This document shows positions 28,460 through 39,065 of a stretch of DNA of 64,000 bases, piece by piece. Source of the stretch: an uncultured Solirubrobacteraceae bacterium (GTDB lineage Bacteria; Actinomycetota; Thermoleophilia; Solirubrobacterales; Solirubrobacteraceae); NCBI GenBank assembly GCA_963774155.1, contig CAVZDW010000008.1, positions 389,732 through 453,731 of the forward strand, read 5' to 3'. Every line of letters starts with the position of its first letter. Position 1 is the first letter of the stretch. Under the pieces are notes generated by a model. That model saw only the letters and a list, made by a program, of their open reading frames with translations, was not told the origin of the DNA and searched no databases. The position numbers and the translations under genes are program-made.

Positions 28460-30094
28460 ATGAGCGACGTCGACCCGCGTGCCGGCACGCTCCCGGAGGA
28501 GTCCGACCTCATCGACGTCGACCGGCTGCTCGCCGCGTACCACGACCGGCCGGATCCGGCGCACGGCGTGTCCTTCGGCACCTCCGGGCACCGGGGGAGC
28601 TCGCTGACCGGCACGTTCACGGAGTGGCACGTGGCGGCGATCAGCGAGGCCGTCTGCCGGTACCGGGAGGCGCAGGGGATCAGCGGGCCGCTCTTCCTCG
28701 GCCGGGACACGCACGCGCTGTCGACTCCCGCGGAGGAGACGATCGTGGAGGTGCTGACCGCCCACGGCGTCGACGTCTGCGTCGACGCCCACGGCGGCGC
28801 GACCCCGACGCCGGTGATCTCGCACGCGATCCTCGAGTACAACCGCGGCGGCGGTCCCGGCACCGCCGACGGGATCGTCGTCACGCCGTCGCACAATCCG
28901 CCCGGCGACGGGGGCTTCAAGTACAACCCGCCGCACGGCGGGCCCGCCGACACCGACGTCACGGGCTGGATCGAGCGCGAGGCCAACGAGCTCCTGCGGG
29001 CCGGTCTGGAGGGCGTCCTGCGCTCGCCGTACAGCCATGCGCGGCGCGCCGACACGTTCCACGAGCGCGACTACGTGCACGGGTACGTGGCCGACCTGGC
29101 GAAGGTCATCGACCTCGACGCGATCCGCGAGTCGGGTCTCAAGCTCGGCGTCGACCCGCTGGGCGGTGCCAGCACGGCGTACTGGGAGGCGATCGCCGAC
29201 GTCCACCGGCTCGACCTGGAGATCGTCAACACCGAGGTCGACCCGACCTTCCGCTTCGTGCCGCTCGACTGGGACGGCAAGATCCGCATGGACTGCTCGT
29301 CGCCCTACGCGATGGCGCGGTTGACCGAGCTGCGCGACCGCTTCGACGTCGCCTTCGGCAACGACCCGGACGCCGATCGCCACGGCATCGTCACCCCGTC
29401 GGCCGGCCTCCTCAATCCGAACCACCATCTCGCGGCCTGTATCGCGTACCTGTTCGGCGGCGGTCGCGAGTGGGGGCCGGAGGTGGGGATCGGCAAGACG
29501 CTCGTGAGCTCGAGCATCATCGACCGGGTGGCCGAGGACCTCGGCCGCCGGCTCGTCGAGGTCCCCGTCGGCTTCAAGTGGTTCGTCTCCGGCCTGCTCG
29601 ACGGCACGCTCGGCTTCGGCGGCGAGGAGAGCGCCGGAGCGTCGTTCCTGCGCCGCGACGGCACGGCGTGGAGCACCGACAAGGACGGGCTGATCCCGTG
29701 CCTGCTGGCCGCCGAGATGAAGGCGCGCACCGGTCGCGACCCGGGGGAGACCTACGCCGGCCTGGCCGAGCGCTTCGGGAACGCGGCCTACACGCGGGTC
29801 GACGTCGCCGCCTCCGCACAGGACAAGGACCGGCTGAAGCAGCTCTCGCCCGAGCAGGTCACGAGCGACGAGCTGGCGGGCGAGCCGATCATCGACAAGC
29901 TCACCGCGGCGCCGGGGAACGGTGCGGCGATCGGCGGCCTGAAGGTGGTGGCGGAGCACGGCTGGTTCGCCGCGCGCCCGTCCGGCACGGAGGACGTGTA
30001 CAAGGTGTACGCGGAGAGCCTGGATGGGGAGGATCGCCTCGACCGGATCCTCGACGAGGCCAAGCAGATCGTCGATCAAGCGCTGAGGAGCTAA
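28460..30094 (+). CDS. pgm: Phosphoglucomutase (alpha-D-glucose phosphate-specific)
   Basis: [62 protein letters not shown] precedes ATG 28460. Confidence 0.92.
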   Translation: MSDVDPRAGTLPEESDLIDVDRLLAAYHDRPDPAHGVSFGTSGHRGSSLTGTFTEWHVAAISEAVCRYREAQGISGPLFLGRDTHALSTPAEETIVEVLTAHGVDVCVDAHGGATPTPVISHAILEYNRGGGPGTADGIVVTPSHNPPGDGGFKYNPPHGGPADTDVTGWIEREANELLRAGLEGVLRSPYSHARRADTFHERDYVHGYVADLAKVIDLDAIRESGLKLGVDPLGGASTAYWEAIADVHRLDLEIVNTEVDPTFRFVPLDWDGKIRMDCSSPYAMARLTELRDRFDVAFGNDPDADRHGIVTPSAGLLNPNHHLAACIAYLFGGGREWGPEVGIGKTLVSSSIIDRVAEDLGRRLVEVPVGFKWFVSGLLDGTLGFGGEESAGASFLRRDGTAWSTDKDGLIPCLLAAEMKARTGRDPGETYAGLAERFGNAAYTRVDVAASAQDKDRLKQLSPEQVTSDELAGEPIIDKLTAAPGNGAAIGGLKVVAEHGWFAARPSGTEDVYKVYAESLDGEDRLDRILDEAKQIVDQALRS

Positions 30095-30096
30095 CC

Positions 30097-31323
30097 GTGC
30101 GGCACGTCTTCGGCATCGTCCTGGCCGGCGGCGAGGGCAAGCGCCTCGCGCCGCTCACCCTCGACCGCGCAAAGCCCGCCGTGCCCTTCGGCGGCAACTA
30201 CCGGCTGATCGACTTCGCGCTCTCCAATCTCGTCAACGCGGGGATGCGCCGGATCGTCGTGCTCACGCAGTACAAGAGCCACTCGCTCGACCGGCACATC
30301 GCGCAGACCTGGCACCTCTCGCCGCTGCTCGGCAACTTCGTGACGCCGGTGCCGGCGCAGATGCGGCGCGGGCCGCACTGGTTCTCCGGCTCGGCCGACG
30401 CGATCTACCAGAACCTCAACCTGCTCTACGACGAACAGCCGGAGTACGTCGCGGTCTTCGGCGCCGACCACATCTACCGCATGGATCCGCGGCAGATGCT
30501 CGAGCAGCACATCGAGACCGGCGCGGCGGTCACCGTCGCCGCGCTGCGCGCGCCGCTCGAGCAGGCCGACCAGTTCGGCGTGATCGAGGCCGGCGCCGAC
30601 GGCCACACGATCACCGCGTTCCGCGAGAAGCCCAAGGACGCCGTCGGCCTCGCCGACGCGCCCGACCAGGTCTATGCCTCGATGGGCAACTACCTGTTCA
30701 CCACGTCCGCGCTGATCGAGGCGGTCAGCGACGACGCCGGGGCCTCGTCCTCGAGCCACGACATGGGCGGCAACATCGTCCCGATGCTCGTCGAGAGCGG
30801 GGCCGCGCACGTCTACGACTTCTCCCAGAACTCCGTGCCGGGGGAGAGCGAGCGCGACAAGGGCTACTGGCGCGACGTGGGGACGCTCGACGCCTTCCAC
30901 GAGGCGCACATGGACCTCATCTCGATCCACCCCGTGTTCAACCTCTACAACATGGAATGGCCGATCCTCACCTGGCACGAGGCGCTGCCGCCGGCCAAGT
31001 TCGTGTTCGACGAGGACGGCCGCCGCGGCCAGGCGCTCGACTCGATGGTCTGCGCCGGGGTCGTCATCTCCGGTGCCACGGCCCGGCGCTCGGTGCTCTC
31101 CCCGGGAGTGCAGCTGCACTCGTACGCGGTGGTCGAGGACTCGGTGCTCATGCAGGGGGTGGACGTCGGCCGCGACGCGACGGTGCGCAACGCGATCCTC
31201 GACAAGAACGTGCGCGTGGCCCCGGGGGCGCAGATCGGCGTCGACCCCGAGGCCGACCGCGAGCGCTTCACGGTGTCGGACGGCGGCGTGGTCGTGATCG
31301 GAAAGGGCCAGGTCGTCACGTGA
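30097..31323 (+). CDS. glgC: Glucose-1-phosphate adenylyltransferase
   Basis: [73 protein letters not shown] and GTG 30097. Confidence 0.92.
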   Translation: MRHVFGIVLAGGEGKRLAPLTLDRAKPAVPFGGNYRLIDFALSNLVNAGMRRIVVLTQYKSHSLDRHIAQTWHLSPLLGNFVTPVPAQMRRGPHWFSGSADAIYQNLNLLYDEQPEYVAVFGADHIYRMDPRQMLEQHIETGAAVTVAALRAPLEQADQFGVIEAGADGHTITAFREKPKDAVGLADAPDQVYASMGNYLFTTSALIEAVSDDAGASSSSHDMGGNIVPMLVESGAAHVYDFSQNSVPGESERDKGYWRDVGTLDAFHEAHMDLISIHPVFNLYNMEWPILTWHEALPPAKFVFDEDGRRGQALDSMVCAGVVISGATARRSVLSPGVQLHSYAVVEDSVLMQGVDVGRDATVRNAILDKNVRVAPGAQIGVDPEADRERFTVSDGGVVVIGKGQVVT

Positions 31324-32507
31324 AGGTCGCGCTCCTCACCCGCGAGTTCCCGCCCGACGTCTACGGCGGCGCGGGCGTGCACGTCGAGTACCTCGCGCGC
31401 GAGCTCTCGAAGCTCGTCGAGGTGGACGTGCACGCGTGGGGCCCCGACCGCGAGGGCGTCACGGGTCATCAGGCGTGGGACGCGCTGGCCGGCGACGCGC
31501 CGCACCTCGCCGCGCTGCGCGCGATGTCGATCGATCTCTCCATGGCCGCCGCCGTCGAGGACGCGGACATCGTCCACAGCCACACCTGGTACGCCCAGCT
31601 GGGCGGGCACCTGGCCAAGCTCACCTACGGCGTGCCGCACGTGGCCACGGTCCACTCGCTCGAGCCGCTGCGACCGTGGAAGGCCGAGCAGCTCGGCGGC
31701 GGCTACGCGCTGTCGAGCTGGTGCGAGAAGGTCGCCCTCGAAGCCGCCGACCAGGTGATCGCGGTCTCCGAGGGCTCCCGGCGCGACATCCTCGCGTGCT
31801 ACCCCGCCATCGACCCCGACCGCGTGCCGGTCATCTACAACGGGATCGACGCCGAGGAGTACACGCCCGACCGCGGCACCGAGGTGCTGGAGAAGTACGG
31901 CGTCGACCCGTCGCGGCCCTCCGTCGTCTTCGTCGGCCGCATCACGCGCCAGAAGGGCGTGCCGTACCTCGTCGACGCCGCCCTGCAGTTCGACGACGCC
32001 GCCCAGCTCGTGCTCTGCGCGGGCGCGCCCGACACGCCGGAGATCGCGGCCGAGGTCGAGGAGAAGGTCGAGATCCTGCGGCGCGAGCGCGGCAACGTGA
32101 TCTGGCTCGACCAGATGCTCCCCAAGCGCGAGGTCATCCAGCTGCTCAGCCACGCCACCGTGTTCGCCTGCCCGTCGATCTACGAGCCGCTGGGCATCGT
32201 CAACCTCGAGGCCATGGCCTGCGAGGCGGCCGTCGTGGCCACCGCCACCGGCGGCATCGTCGAGGTCGTGGTCGACGGCGAGACCGGCCTGCTGGTGCCG
32301 TTCGAGCAGGCCGAGGGCGACATCGCGCCGCGCGACCCGGAGGCCTTCGTGGCCGGCATCGCCGAGCGCGTGAACGTCCTCGTGGCCGACCCGGACCGGG
32401 CGGCGGCGATGGGCCGCGCCGGCCGCGAGCGCGCCGTGAGCGCGTTCGACTGGGGTGCGATCGCGCGCCAGACGGCCGACGTCTACGCCGCCCTGGTCGC
32501 CGCCTAG
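31320..32507 (+). CDS. glgA: GT4 glycogen synthase, actinobacterial GlgA/GlgM type (ADP-glucose dependent)
   Basis: [73 protein letters not shown] overlap with the glgC stop. Confidence 0.88.
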   Translation: MKVALLTREFPPDVYGGAGVHVEYLARELSKLVEVDVHAWGPDREGVTGHQAWDALAGDAPHLAALRAMSIDLSMAAAVEDADIVHSHTWYAQLGGHLAKLTYGVPHVATVHSLEPLRPWKAEQLGGGYALSSWCEKVALEAADQVIAVSEGSRRDILACYPAIDPDRVPVIYNGIDAEEYTPDRGTEVLEKYGVDPSRPSVVFVGRITRQKGVPYLVDAALQFDDAAQLVLCAGAPDTPEIAAEVEEKVEILRRERGNVIWLDQMLPKREVIQLLSHATVFACPSIYEPLGIVNLEAMACEAAVVATATGGIVEVVVDGETGLLVPFEQAEGDIAPRDPEAFVAGIAERVNVLVADPDRAAAMGRAGRERAVSAFDWGAIARQTADVYAALVAA

Positions 32508-32851
32508 ACCCAGCTGACCGCCGCTTCGCCGCCCGCGAAGGCCGCGAGCGCCGCGGCCTCCGTCTCGGCGGCCGCGCGCACGGCCTTCGTTGCGCGCCCG
32601 AACGGCTCGATCTCGACCGCGACGGTTTCGCCCCGGCGCTCGTGCGACCACACGCCGGCGATGACGCCGTCGACGAGCAGGACCGGCGACAGCCACCCCT
32701 GCGGCCGGTAGACGCGGGGGCGTTGCTCGGCGGCGATGACCCCGCCCTGGTCGCGCGGGGCGGCGGCGACGTAGTGGTCGAAGGCCGGCAGGAGCCGGAC
32801 CGCGCCGGTGGGCTCGGTCGTGGCGGCCTCGTCGACGTCGGCGGCCAGCAT
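32504..32851 (-). pseudogene. C-terminal remnant of a winged-helix YcaQ/DUF1006-like protein
   Basis: Only about 115 codons are present (VRLLPAFDHYVAA...SPVLLVDGVIAGVWSHERRGETVAVEIEPF). This corresponds to the last quarter of roughly 400-aa family members. The upstream space is occupied by the CGNR gene. Confidence 0.5.
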
Positions 32852-32881
32852 GACCCCCTCGGCGCCCTCGATTCTTCCACT

Positions 32882-33424
32882 TCACGGCTGGTGCCGGGAC
32901 CGGTAGGCGCGGGAGCGCATCCGGTCGCCGCAGCGCGCGGTCGAGCACCAGCGCCGGCGGCCGGGCCGGGAGGCGTCGTAGAACATCCGCTCGCAGTCCG
33001 GGTTCTCGCAGCGGCGGAGCCTCGCGAGCTGCTTCGGGTCGCTCAGCAGCGTTATCGCGTCGCGGGCGATGTCGGAGAACGCCTGGACGGCCGTGGGCTC
33101 CCGCCAGGTCCGGTCGAGCCCGTTCAGGGCGGGCACCAGCGGCGGCTCGCCGGCCATCCCGTTGATGACGGCGAGATCGGCCGCCCGCGGGCCGCCGTGC
33201 TCCAGCGTCTCGTCGAAGGCGTCCCAGATCGCCTGCCGCAGCGCCTTCGCGATGGCGAGGTCGTCGTCGCTGACCTCCACGCCGTCGACGGCGAGCGGGC
33301 AGGCGGAGAGCCACCGCCGCAGGTCGATCGCCGTCTCCAGCGCGTCGAACTCCCACGTCTCGCCCTCCTCGCGGGTCGCGGCGAGATCGATCGAGAGCCG
33401 GCCGACGAAGGTGTACCGCCGCAC
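32882..33424 (-). CDS. CGNR zinc-finger (ABATE + zf-CGNR) putative stress-responsive regulator
   Basis: C-terminal CENPDCERMFYDASRPGRRRWCSTARCGDRMRSRAYR. The track start at 33463 lies inside a tandem repeat. I prefer GTG 33424 (VRRYTFVGRLSIDLAAT). Confidence 0.8.
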   Translation of the reverse strand: MRRYTFVGRLSIDLAATREEGETWEFDALETAIDLRRWLSACPLAVDGVEVSDDDLAIAKALRQAIWDAFDETLEHGGPRAADLAVINGMAGEPPLVPALNGLDRTWREPTAVQAFSDIARDAITLLSDPKQLARLRRCENPDCERMFYDASRPGRRRWCSTARCGDRMRSRAYRSRHQP

Positions 33425-33431
33425 GTCACGC

Positions 33432-33495
33432 GTTATACCAGTGATGGGGTCTGACCCCGTCACGGGTTATAGGCGTGATGGGGGTCTGACCCCCC
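33432..33495. repeat. Two tandem 34-bp units, each containing the palindrome GGGGTCTGACCCC
   Basis: GTTATACCAGTGATGGGGTCTGACCCCGTCACGG (33432-33465) is followed by GTTATAGGCGTGATGGGGGTCTGACCCCCC (33466-33495). They lie in the divergent region between the CGNR gene and the REC/GH4 operon. Confidence 0.8.
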
Positions 33496-33586
33496 GAATG
33501 TGGTAGGGAGAAGGTGCGGTTGTCCGTCCTTTGGTTGACATGGTGACCACCGTGTGGATTTGGGTACTGGTCACCAGACTCTCCGT

Positions 33587-33943
33587 ATGGCTGCAACCGT
33601 CCTCATCGTCGACGACCACCCCGGGTTCCGGGCAGCGGCACGCCGCCTGCTCGAGCTCGAGGGCTACGTCGTCGTGGGCGAGGCGGCCGACGGGTACTCG
33701 GCGATCGACGCGGCCCGTGAGCTGCGTCCCGACTTCGTCCTCCTGGACGTCCAGCTGCCCGACATCGACGGCTTCGAGGTCGCCGAACGGCTCTCCGACG
33801 AGGAGAACACGCCGGCGGTGGTGCTGACCTCGAGTCGCGAGGCGAGTGACTACGGTCCCTGCCTCGCCCGCACCCCCGCGTGCGGGTTCCTCCCCAAAGC
33901 CGAGCTCTCGGCCGCGGGGATCGCGGATATCCTGCCCGCGTGA
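33587..33943 (+). CDS. Stand-alone response-regulator receiver domain (no output domain)
   Basis: VLIVDDHPGFR...DFVLLDVQLPDIDGFEVAERL...VVLTSS...GFLPK; 118 aa. The stop overlaps the GH4 start (GTGA). Confidence 0.85.
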   Translation: MAATVLIVDDHPGFRAAARRLLELEGYVVVGEAADGYSAIDAARELRPDFVLLDVQLPDIDGFEVAERLSDEENTPAVVLTSSREASDYGPCLARTPACGFLPKAELSAAGIADILPA

Positions 33944-35253
33944 AGCTCGCGATCATCGGGGGTGGCGGCTTTCGGGTGCCGCTCATCTACGGCGCGCTGC
34001 TGGAAAAGCGGCCATTCGACGAGGTTGTGCTGCACGACGTCGACCCCGGCCGGCTCGCTCGCATCGCCCAGGTGCTCGACGGTCAGGCCGCCGAGCACGG
34101 CCACAAGCTCCCCTTCCGCACCACCACGGACCTCGACGACGCACTCGAAGGTGCGGGCTTCGTCTTCACCGCGATCCGCGTCGGCGGCCTCGAGGGCCGC
34201 ACGATCGACGAGGGGGTCCCGCTCGACCACGGCGTCCTCGGGCAGGAGACCACCGGGCCCGGCGGCATCTGCTTCGCGCTGCGGACGATCCCGACCATGC
34301 TCGATCTGGCCGAGCGGGTCACGCGCAGCGCGCCGGACGCCTGGCTGGTCAACTTCACGAACCCCGCGGGAATGGTCACCGAGGCCCTCCAGCAGGTGCT
34401 CGGGGACCGCGCCATCGGCATCTGCGACACACCGTCGGCGCTCTGCCGCCGCGTGGCCGCCGCGCTGAACGAGCCCCCCGAGCGGCTCGACTTCGACTAC
34501 TTCGGCCTCAACCACCTCGGCTGGCTCAAGGGCGTCCGCGACGCCAGCGGCGACCGCCTGCCCGAGCTGCTGGCCGGCGCGCCCGACTTCGAGGAGGCGC
34601 GGCTCTTCGGCACCGAATGGCTGCGCTCGCTCGGGATGGTCCCGAACGAGTACCTCTCCTACTTCTACTTCGCCGACCAGGCCGTCGCGAACCTGGGGGA
34701 GAAGCCCCGCGGCGCGTACCTGCTCGAGCAGCAGCACGGCTTCTACGCGGCGAGCGAGGAGACCCCGCACGAGGCCGTCCAGCACTGGCGCGCCACCAAG
34801 GACGAGCGCGACCGCACGTACATGGCCGAGGCCCGCAACGGCCACGACGGCCACTCGCACGCCGACGACGAGCCCGGCGGCTACGAGGCCGAGGCGCTCG
34901 CCGTCGTCGAGGCGATCACGCAGGACGCGGGCGCCGTGCGCATCCTCAACGTGGCCAACCGCTCGGCCCTGCCGTTCCTCGACGAGCACGCCGTGGTCGA
35001 GGTTCCCTGCGTCGTCGGCCGCGCGGGCCCGCGCCCGCTCGCCGTCGGCCCCGTCCCCGATCACGCCCGCGCGCTGATCGAGACGATCAAGGCGGTCGAA
35101 CGCGCCACGATCGAGGCCGCGACCACCGGATCCACCGCTTTGGCGGTGAAAGCGCTCGCCCTTCATCCCCTGGTTCCGTCCGTAGAAGCTGCACGCGCGA
35201 TCTTCGCCGGATACCGTGAGCGCCTCCCTGCTCTCGAGGAGCGGTTCGCTTGA
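33940..35253 (+). CDS. Glycoside hydrolase family 4 (NAD+/Mn2+-dependent 6-phospho-glycosidase type)
   Basis: VKLAIIGGGGFRVP, AIRVGGLEGRTIDE, GQETTGPGGICFALRTIP, VNFTNPAGMVTEA, GICDTP, GLNHLGW. Confidence 0.85.
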   Translation: MKLAIIGGGGFRVPLIYGALLEKRPFDEVVLHDVDPGRLARIAQVLDGQAAEHGHKLPFRTTTDLDDALEGAGFVFTAIRVGGLEGRTIDEGVPLDHGVLGQETTGPGGICFALRTIPTMLDLAERVTRSAPDAWLVNFTNPAGMVTEALQQVLGDRAIGICDTPSALCRRVAAALNEPPERLDFDYFGLNHLGWLKGVRDASGDRLPELLAGAPDFEEARLFGTEWLRSLGMVPNEYLSYFYFADQAVANLGEKPRGAYLLEQQHGFYAASEETPHEAVQHWRATKDERDRTYMAEARNGHDGHSHADDEPGGYEAEALAVVEAITQDAGAVRILNVANRSALPFLDEHAVVEVPCVVGRAGPRPLAVGPVPDHARALIETIKAVERATIEAATTGSTALAVKALALHPLVPSVEAARAIFAGYRERLPALEERFA

Positions 35254-36149
35254 ACGTCGACCTTGCGGTCCTGACCCCGGCCTATCTCGACTACACCTTC
35301 GTCGGACTCGAAGCCCTGCCCGGACCCGGGGAGGAGCGCTTCGCGGGCGACATGCTGCGCTCGCCGGGCGGCGGCGCCATCACCGCCGTCGGGGCGACGC
35401 GGCTGGGGCTGACGACCGCGCTCGTGGCGCCGCTGGGCGACGACCTGGCCGGCCGCTTCGTCCGGCGCGCGCTCGAGGAGGAGGGCGTGGCCTGCGGTGA
35501 GCCGCGCGGCACGCGCACGCCGACCACCGTGGTCATGCCGGTCGACGGCGAGCGCTCGATGGTCACCGTCGACCCGGGCGTCCGCGCCCGCGCGGGCGAC
35601 CTCGAGCCGCTCTCGCCGCGCGCCGTCGCCCTCACGCTCGAGCAGATCGATGTCGTCCCCGAGGGCGGCATCTGCGCGTTCGTGACGTGCGGCGACGACG
35701 ACGCCCGCGCGTTCGCCGGCCGGCTCCCGCGGGTGGCCGAGGAGCGCCGCCCGCGCGGCCTCGTCGTCAACCGGCGCGAGGCCGCGCTCCTGACCGGCGC
35801 CGACACGCCGGAGGCGGCCGCGGCGCAGCTCGCGTCCATGGCCCACATCGCCGCGGTCACGCTCGGGCCGGACGGGGTGATCGCCGTGGTCGACGGCCAG
35901 ACGCTGCACATCGGCGGCACGAGCGGCACCGTGATCGACACCACCGGGGCCGGCGACCTCTTCAGCGCCGCGCTCTGCTGGGCCGACCTGCTCGGCGCCG
36001 AGCCGGACGTCGCGCTCGCCTGGGCGAACCTCTACGCCGGCCTGTCGGTCCGCGCCCACACGGGCACCGGCGGCGCCGTCACTCGGGCGAAGCTGCTCGA
36101 GGAAGGCGCGACCCGCGGCCTGCCGCCGCTGCCGGAGGCGACGGCGTGA
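35250..36149 (+). CDS. PfkB-family sugar kinase
   Basis: GGGAITAVGATRLG, DTTGAGDLFSAAL, and a C-terminal anion-hole region. TTG start overlaps the GH4 stop. Confidence 0.8.
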   Translation: MNVDLAVLTPAYLDYTFVGLEALPGPGEERFAGDMLRSPGGGAITAVGATRLGLTTALVAPLGDDLAGRFVRRALEEEGVACGEPRGTRTPTTVVMPVDGERSMVTVDPGVRARAGDLEPLSPRAVALTLEQIDVVPEGGICAFVTCGDDDARAFAGRLPRVAEERRPRGLVVNRREAALLTGADTPEAAAAQLASMAHIAAVTLGPDGVIAVVDGQTLHIGGTSGTVIDTTGAGDLFSAALCWADLLGAEPDVALAWANLYAGLSVRAHTGTGGAVTRAKLLEEGATRGLPPLPEATA

Positions 36150-37465
36150 ACGTGCGTCGCTGGCTCCCGCTGCTGCTGGCCGCTCTGGTGGCGGGCTGCG
36201 GGGCTCCGGGGGAGGAGGCCCCGGACCAGCCGGCGAATCGCGAAGCCGAGAAGGTCGACGTCGCCAAGGCCGGCGACGTGACGCTCACCGTCTGGGACCA
36301 GGAGGTCCGCGGCGGGCAGCGGCGCCAGATCGAGCAGCTCAACGAGGCGTTCCACGAGAAGTACCCGAACGTGACGATCAAGCGGGTGGCGAAGTCGTTC
36401 ACCGACCTCAACACCACGCTCAAGCTCGCCGTCTCCGGCGACAAGGCGCCCGACGTGGTCCAGGCCAACCAGGGCCGCGGGGTCATGGGGACGCTGGTCA
36501 AGGGCGGCATGCTCCTGCCGCTCGACGACTACGCCGAGCAGTACGGCTGGGCCGACCGCTACGCGCCGGTCCTGCTCGACCTCAACCGCTTCTCCTCCGA
36601 CGGCGCCGAGTTCGGCTCCGGCGACCTCTACGGGCTCTCGCAGATGGGCGAGATCGTGGGGATGTTCTACAACCGCGACATGGTCCCCGAGCCGCCGCGC
36701 ACGTTCGCCGAGCTGGAGGACCAGCTCGCGGCGGCCAAGCAGCAGGGCGACACCCCGATCTCGTTCGGCAACCTCGACAAGTGGCCCGGCATCCACGAGT
36801 TCCAGGCCGTCCAGAACGCCTACGCGCCCGCCGACCAGGTGCGCGACTTCGTCTTCGCCCGCGAGGGCGCGTCGTTCGCCACGCCGGAGAACGAGGAGGC
36901 CGCGACCAAGCTGCAGGAGTGGGCGGAGAAGGGCTACTTCACGAAGGACTTCAACGGCGTCGGCTACGACCCGGCCTACCAGCAGTTCGCCGAGGGCGCC
37001 GGCCCGTTCCTGATCGCCGGCACGTGGCTCCTGCGCGACCTGACCGACGCGATGGGCGACAAGCTCGGCTTCATGCTCGTCCCCGGGCAGGAGGAGGGCT
37101 CCGTGCAGGCGCTCGGCGGCGAGAGCCTGCCGTTCGCGGTCACGGCGAAGTCCGAGAACCCCGACGTCGCGGCCGCCTACATCGACTTCCTCACCGACGC
37201 CAAGGCCGCCGACGTGCTGGTGGAGACCGGCAACCTGCCGGCCATGCCCGCCGAGGCGCAGCCGACCGGCGCGGCGGGAGAGGACGTCTTCGAGGCCTGG
37301 CGGACGCTCGCCGACGCCGACGGGATCGTGCCGTACATCGACTACGCGACGCCGACGTTCTACGACACGATCACCGCCAACGTGCAGCGCCTGCTGGCCG
37401 GCCGCGAGTCGCCCGACGGCTTCACCGGGGCGCTCCAGGAGGACTTCGCGTCGTTCAGCGGATGA
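36146..37465 (+). CDS. ABC sugar transporter substrate-binding lipoprotein
   Basis: Lipobox LLAALVAGCG. Family-1 extracellular solute-binding pattern (VTLTVWDQ..., KAPDVVQANQG, GWADRY). GTGA overlap with the upstream stop. Confidence 0.85.
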   Translation: MNVRRWLPLLLAALVAGCGAPGEEAPDQPANREAEKVDVAKAGDVTLTVWDQEVRGGQRRQIEQLNEAFHEKYPNVTIKRVAKSFTDLNTTLKLAVSGDKAPDVVQANQGRGVMGTLVKGGMLLPLDDYAEQYGWADRYAPVLLDLNRFSSDGAEFGSGDLYGLSQMGEIVGMFYNRDMVPEPPRTFAELEDQLAAAKQQGDTPISFGNLDKWPGIHEFQAVQNAYAPADQVRDFVFAREGASFATPENEEAATKLQEWAEKGYFTKDFNGVGYDPAYQQFAEGAGPFLIAGTWLLRDLTDAMGDKLGFMLVPGQEEGSVQALGGESLPFAVTAKSENPDVAAAYIDFLTDAKAADVLVETGNLPAMPAEAQPTGAAGEDVFEAWRTLADADGIVPYIDYATPTFYDTITANVQRLLAGRESPDGFTGALQEDFASFSG

Positions 37466-38292
37466 CCCGGCCGCCGGGCGAGCCGCGCCGGGTCGCCTAC
37501 CTGTACCTGCTGCCGGCCCTGGCGCTGGTCGCGCTCTTCGTGCTCACCCCGCTGGCGCGGGCGGGCTGGATCTCCCTGTTCGAGTGGGACGGCGTCACCG
37601 TCGGCACGTGGGTCGGGCTCGACAACTACGGCAAGGTGGTGAGCGAGCCCGCGCTGCGGCGCGCGTTCCTGCACTCGCTGATCCTGCTCGTCTTCTACGC
37701 GCTGCTCCCGGTGGCGATCGGGCTGCTGCTCGCGGCGGCGGCTTCGCGCTCCCGCATCCGCGGGCTGGCGACGCTGCGCGCGATCCTCTTCCTGCCGCAG
37801 ATCATCGCGCTCGTCGTGGTCGCCGTCGCGTGGCGGCTGATCTACCAGCCGACGGGCTGGCTCGGCGACTTCGACCTCGCGCTGCCGTCGGTCGGCCTGA
37901 TCGGGACGTGGGTCGCCTACGGCCTCTGCTTCGTGCTCTTCATGGCGGGGGTGCAGAAGGTGCCGCAGTCGCTCTACGACGCCGCGCGCGTGGACGGCTC
38001 GGGGCCGGTGCGCGAGTTCTTCGCGGTGACGCTGCCGGCGCTCAAGGGGGAGATCGCGGTGGCGCTGACGCTCTGCACGATCGCCGCGCTGCGCAACTTC
38101 GACATCGTGTACCTGACCACCGGGGGCGGCCCGGGCGACGCCACGTCGGTGCCCGCGCTGGAGGTCTACGAGCGGGCGTTCCAGACCGGCCAGGTCGGGA
38201 CGGCGGCGGCGATCGGCATCTGCCTCGGCGCGGTGATCTTCGCGCTGTCGCTGGCCATCAACCGCGTGGCGGAGACGGCGGCGCGGACATGA
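37462..38292 (+). CDS. ABC sugar transporter permease (MalF/UgpA-like)
   Basis: Six TM segments and the EAA loop SLYDAARVDGSGPVREFFAVTLPAL. ATGA overlap. Confidence 0.88.
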   Translation: MTRPPGEPRRVAYLYLLPALALVALFVLTPLARAGWISLFEWDGVTVGTWVGLDNYGKVVSEPALRRAFLHSLILLVFYALLPVAIGLLLAAAASRSRIRGLATLRAILFLPQIIALVVVAVAWRLIYQPTGWLGDFDLALPSVGLIGTWVAYGLCFVLFMAGVQKVPQSLYDAARVDGSGPVREFFAVTLPALKGEIAVALTLCTIAALRNFDIVYLTTGGGPGDATSVPALEVYERAFQTGQVGTAAAIGICLGAVIFALSLAINRVAETAART

Positions 38293-39065
38293 TCGACCGG
38301 CGCGAGCAGGTCCTCGCCCACATCGTCCTCGGCGTCTTCGCGGTCATCGCGCTGGTGCCGGTCGTGCGGATCCTCGTGACCGCGCTGGGCGAGCCGGGCA
38401 GCTTCGCGACCGCGTGGGAGGAGGGCCATTTCGGCACGTACCTGCGCTCGAGCGTGATCGTCACCGGCGCGGTCGTGGCCATCGCCACGGTGGTCTCGAT
38501 CCTCGCCGGGTACGCGTTCGGGCTGATGCGCTTCCGCGGGGAGCAGGCGCTCTTCTACCTCATCCTGCTCGGCCTGATGGTGCCGCTGGAGGCGACCGTC
38601 GTGCCGCTCTACTACGACCTGCGCGACGTCGGGCTGACCGACACCTACTGGGCGCTGATCCTGCCCCAGGCGGGCCTCTCGACCGCGTTCGGCACGTTCT
38701 GGATGCGCGCGTTCTTCCGCTCGGTCCCGCGCTCGCTGGTGGAGGCGGCACGGCTCGACGCCGCGAACACGTGGGTCACGCTCTGGCGCGTCCTGCTGCC
38801 GATCGCGCGGCCCGCCGTGCTCACCATGATCGTGCTCGTGTTCATGTGGACCTGGAACGAGTTCCTGCTCGCCCTCGTGATGGTCTCCGACGAGGGGCTG
38901 CGCACGGCGCCGCTCGGCCTGGCCTTCTTCCAGGGCCGCAACACGAACGACGAGGCGCTGCTCGCGGCGGGCGCGGTGATCGTCGCCCTGCCCGTGGTCA
39001 TCGTCTACCTGTTCCTCCAGCGCCGGTTCATCAGCGGCATGCTCGGCGCGGGGGTCAAGGGATGA
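38289..39065 (+). CDS. ABC sugar transporter permease (MalG/UgpE-like)
   Basis: EAA loop SLVEAARLDAANTWVTLWRVLLPIARPA. ATGA overlap. Confidence 0.88.
   Translation: MIDRREQVLAHIVLGVFAVIALVPVVRILVTALGEPGSFATAWEEGHFGTYLRSSVIVTGAVVAIATVVSILAGYAFGLMRFRGEQALFYLILLGLMVPLEATVVPLYYDLRDVGLTDTYWALILPQAGLSTAFGTFWMRAFFRSVPRSLVEAARLDAANTWVTLWRVLLPIARPAVLTMIVLVFMWTWNEFLLALVMVSDEGLRTAPLGLAFFQGRNTNDEALLAAGAVIVALPVVIVYLFLQRRFISGMLGAGVKG

Noticed and set aside
33432-33495. Possible CRISPR array, considered because of direct repeats with palindromic cores.
   Set aside because: There are only two adjacent units with no spacers between them, and no cas genes anywhere in the window.
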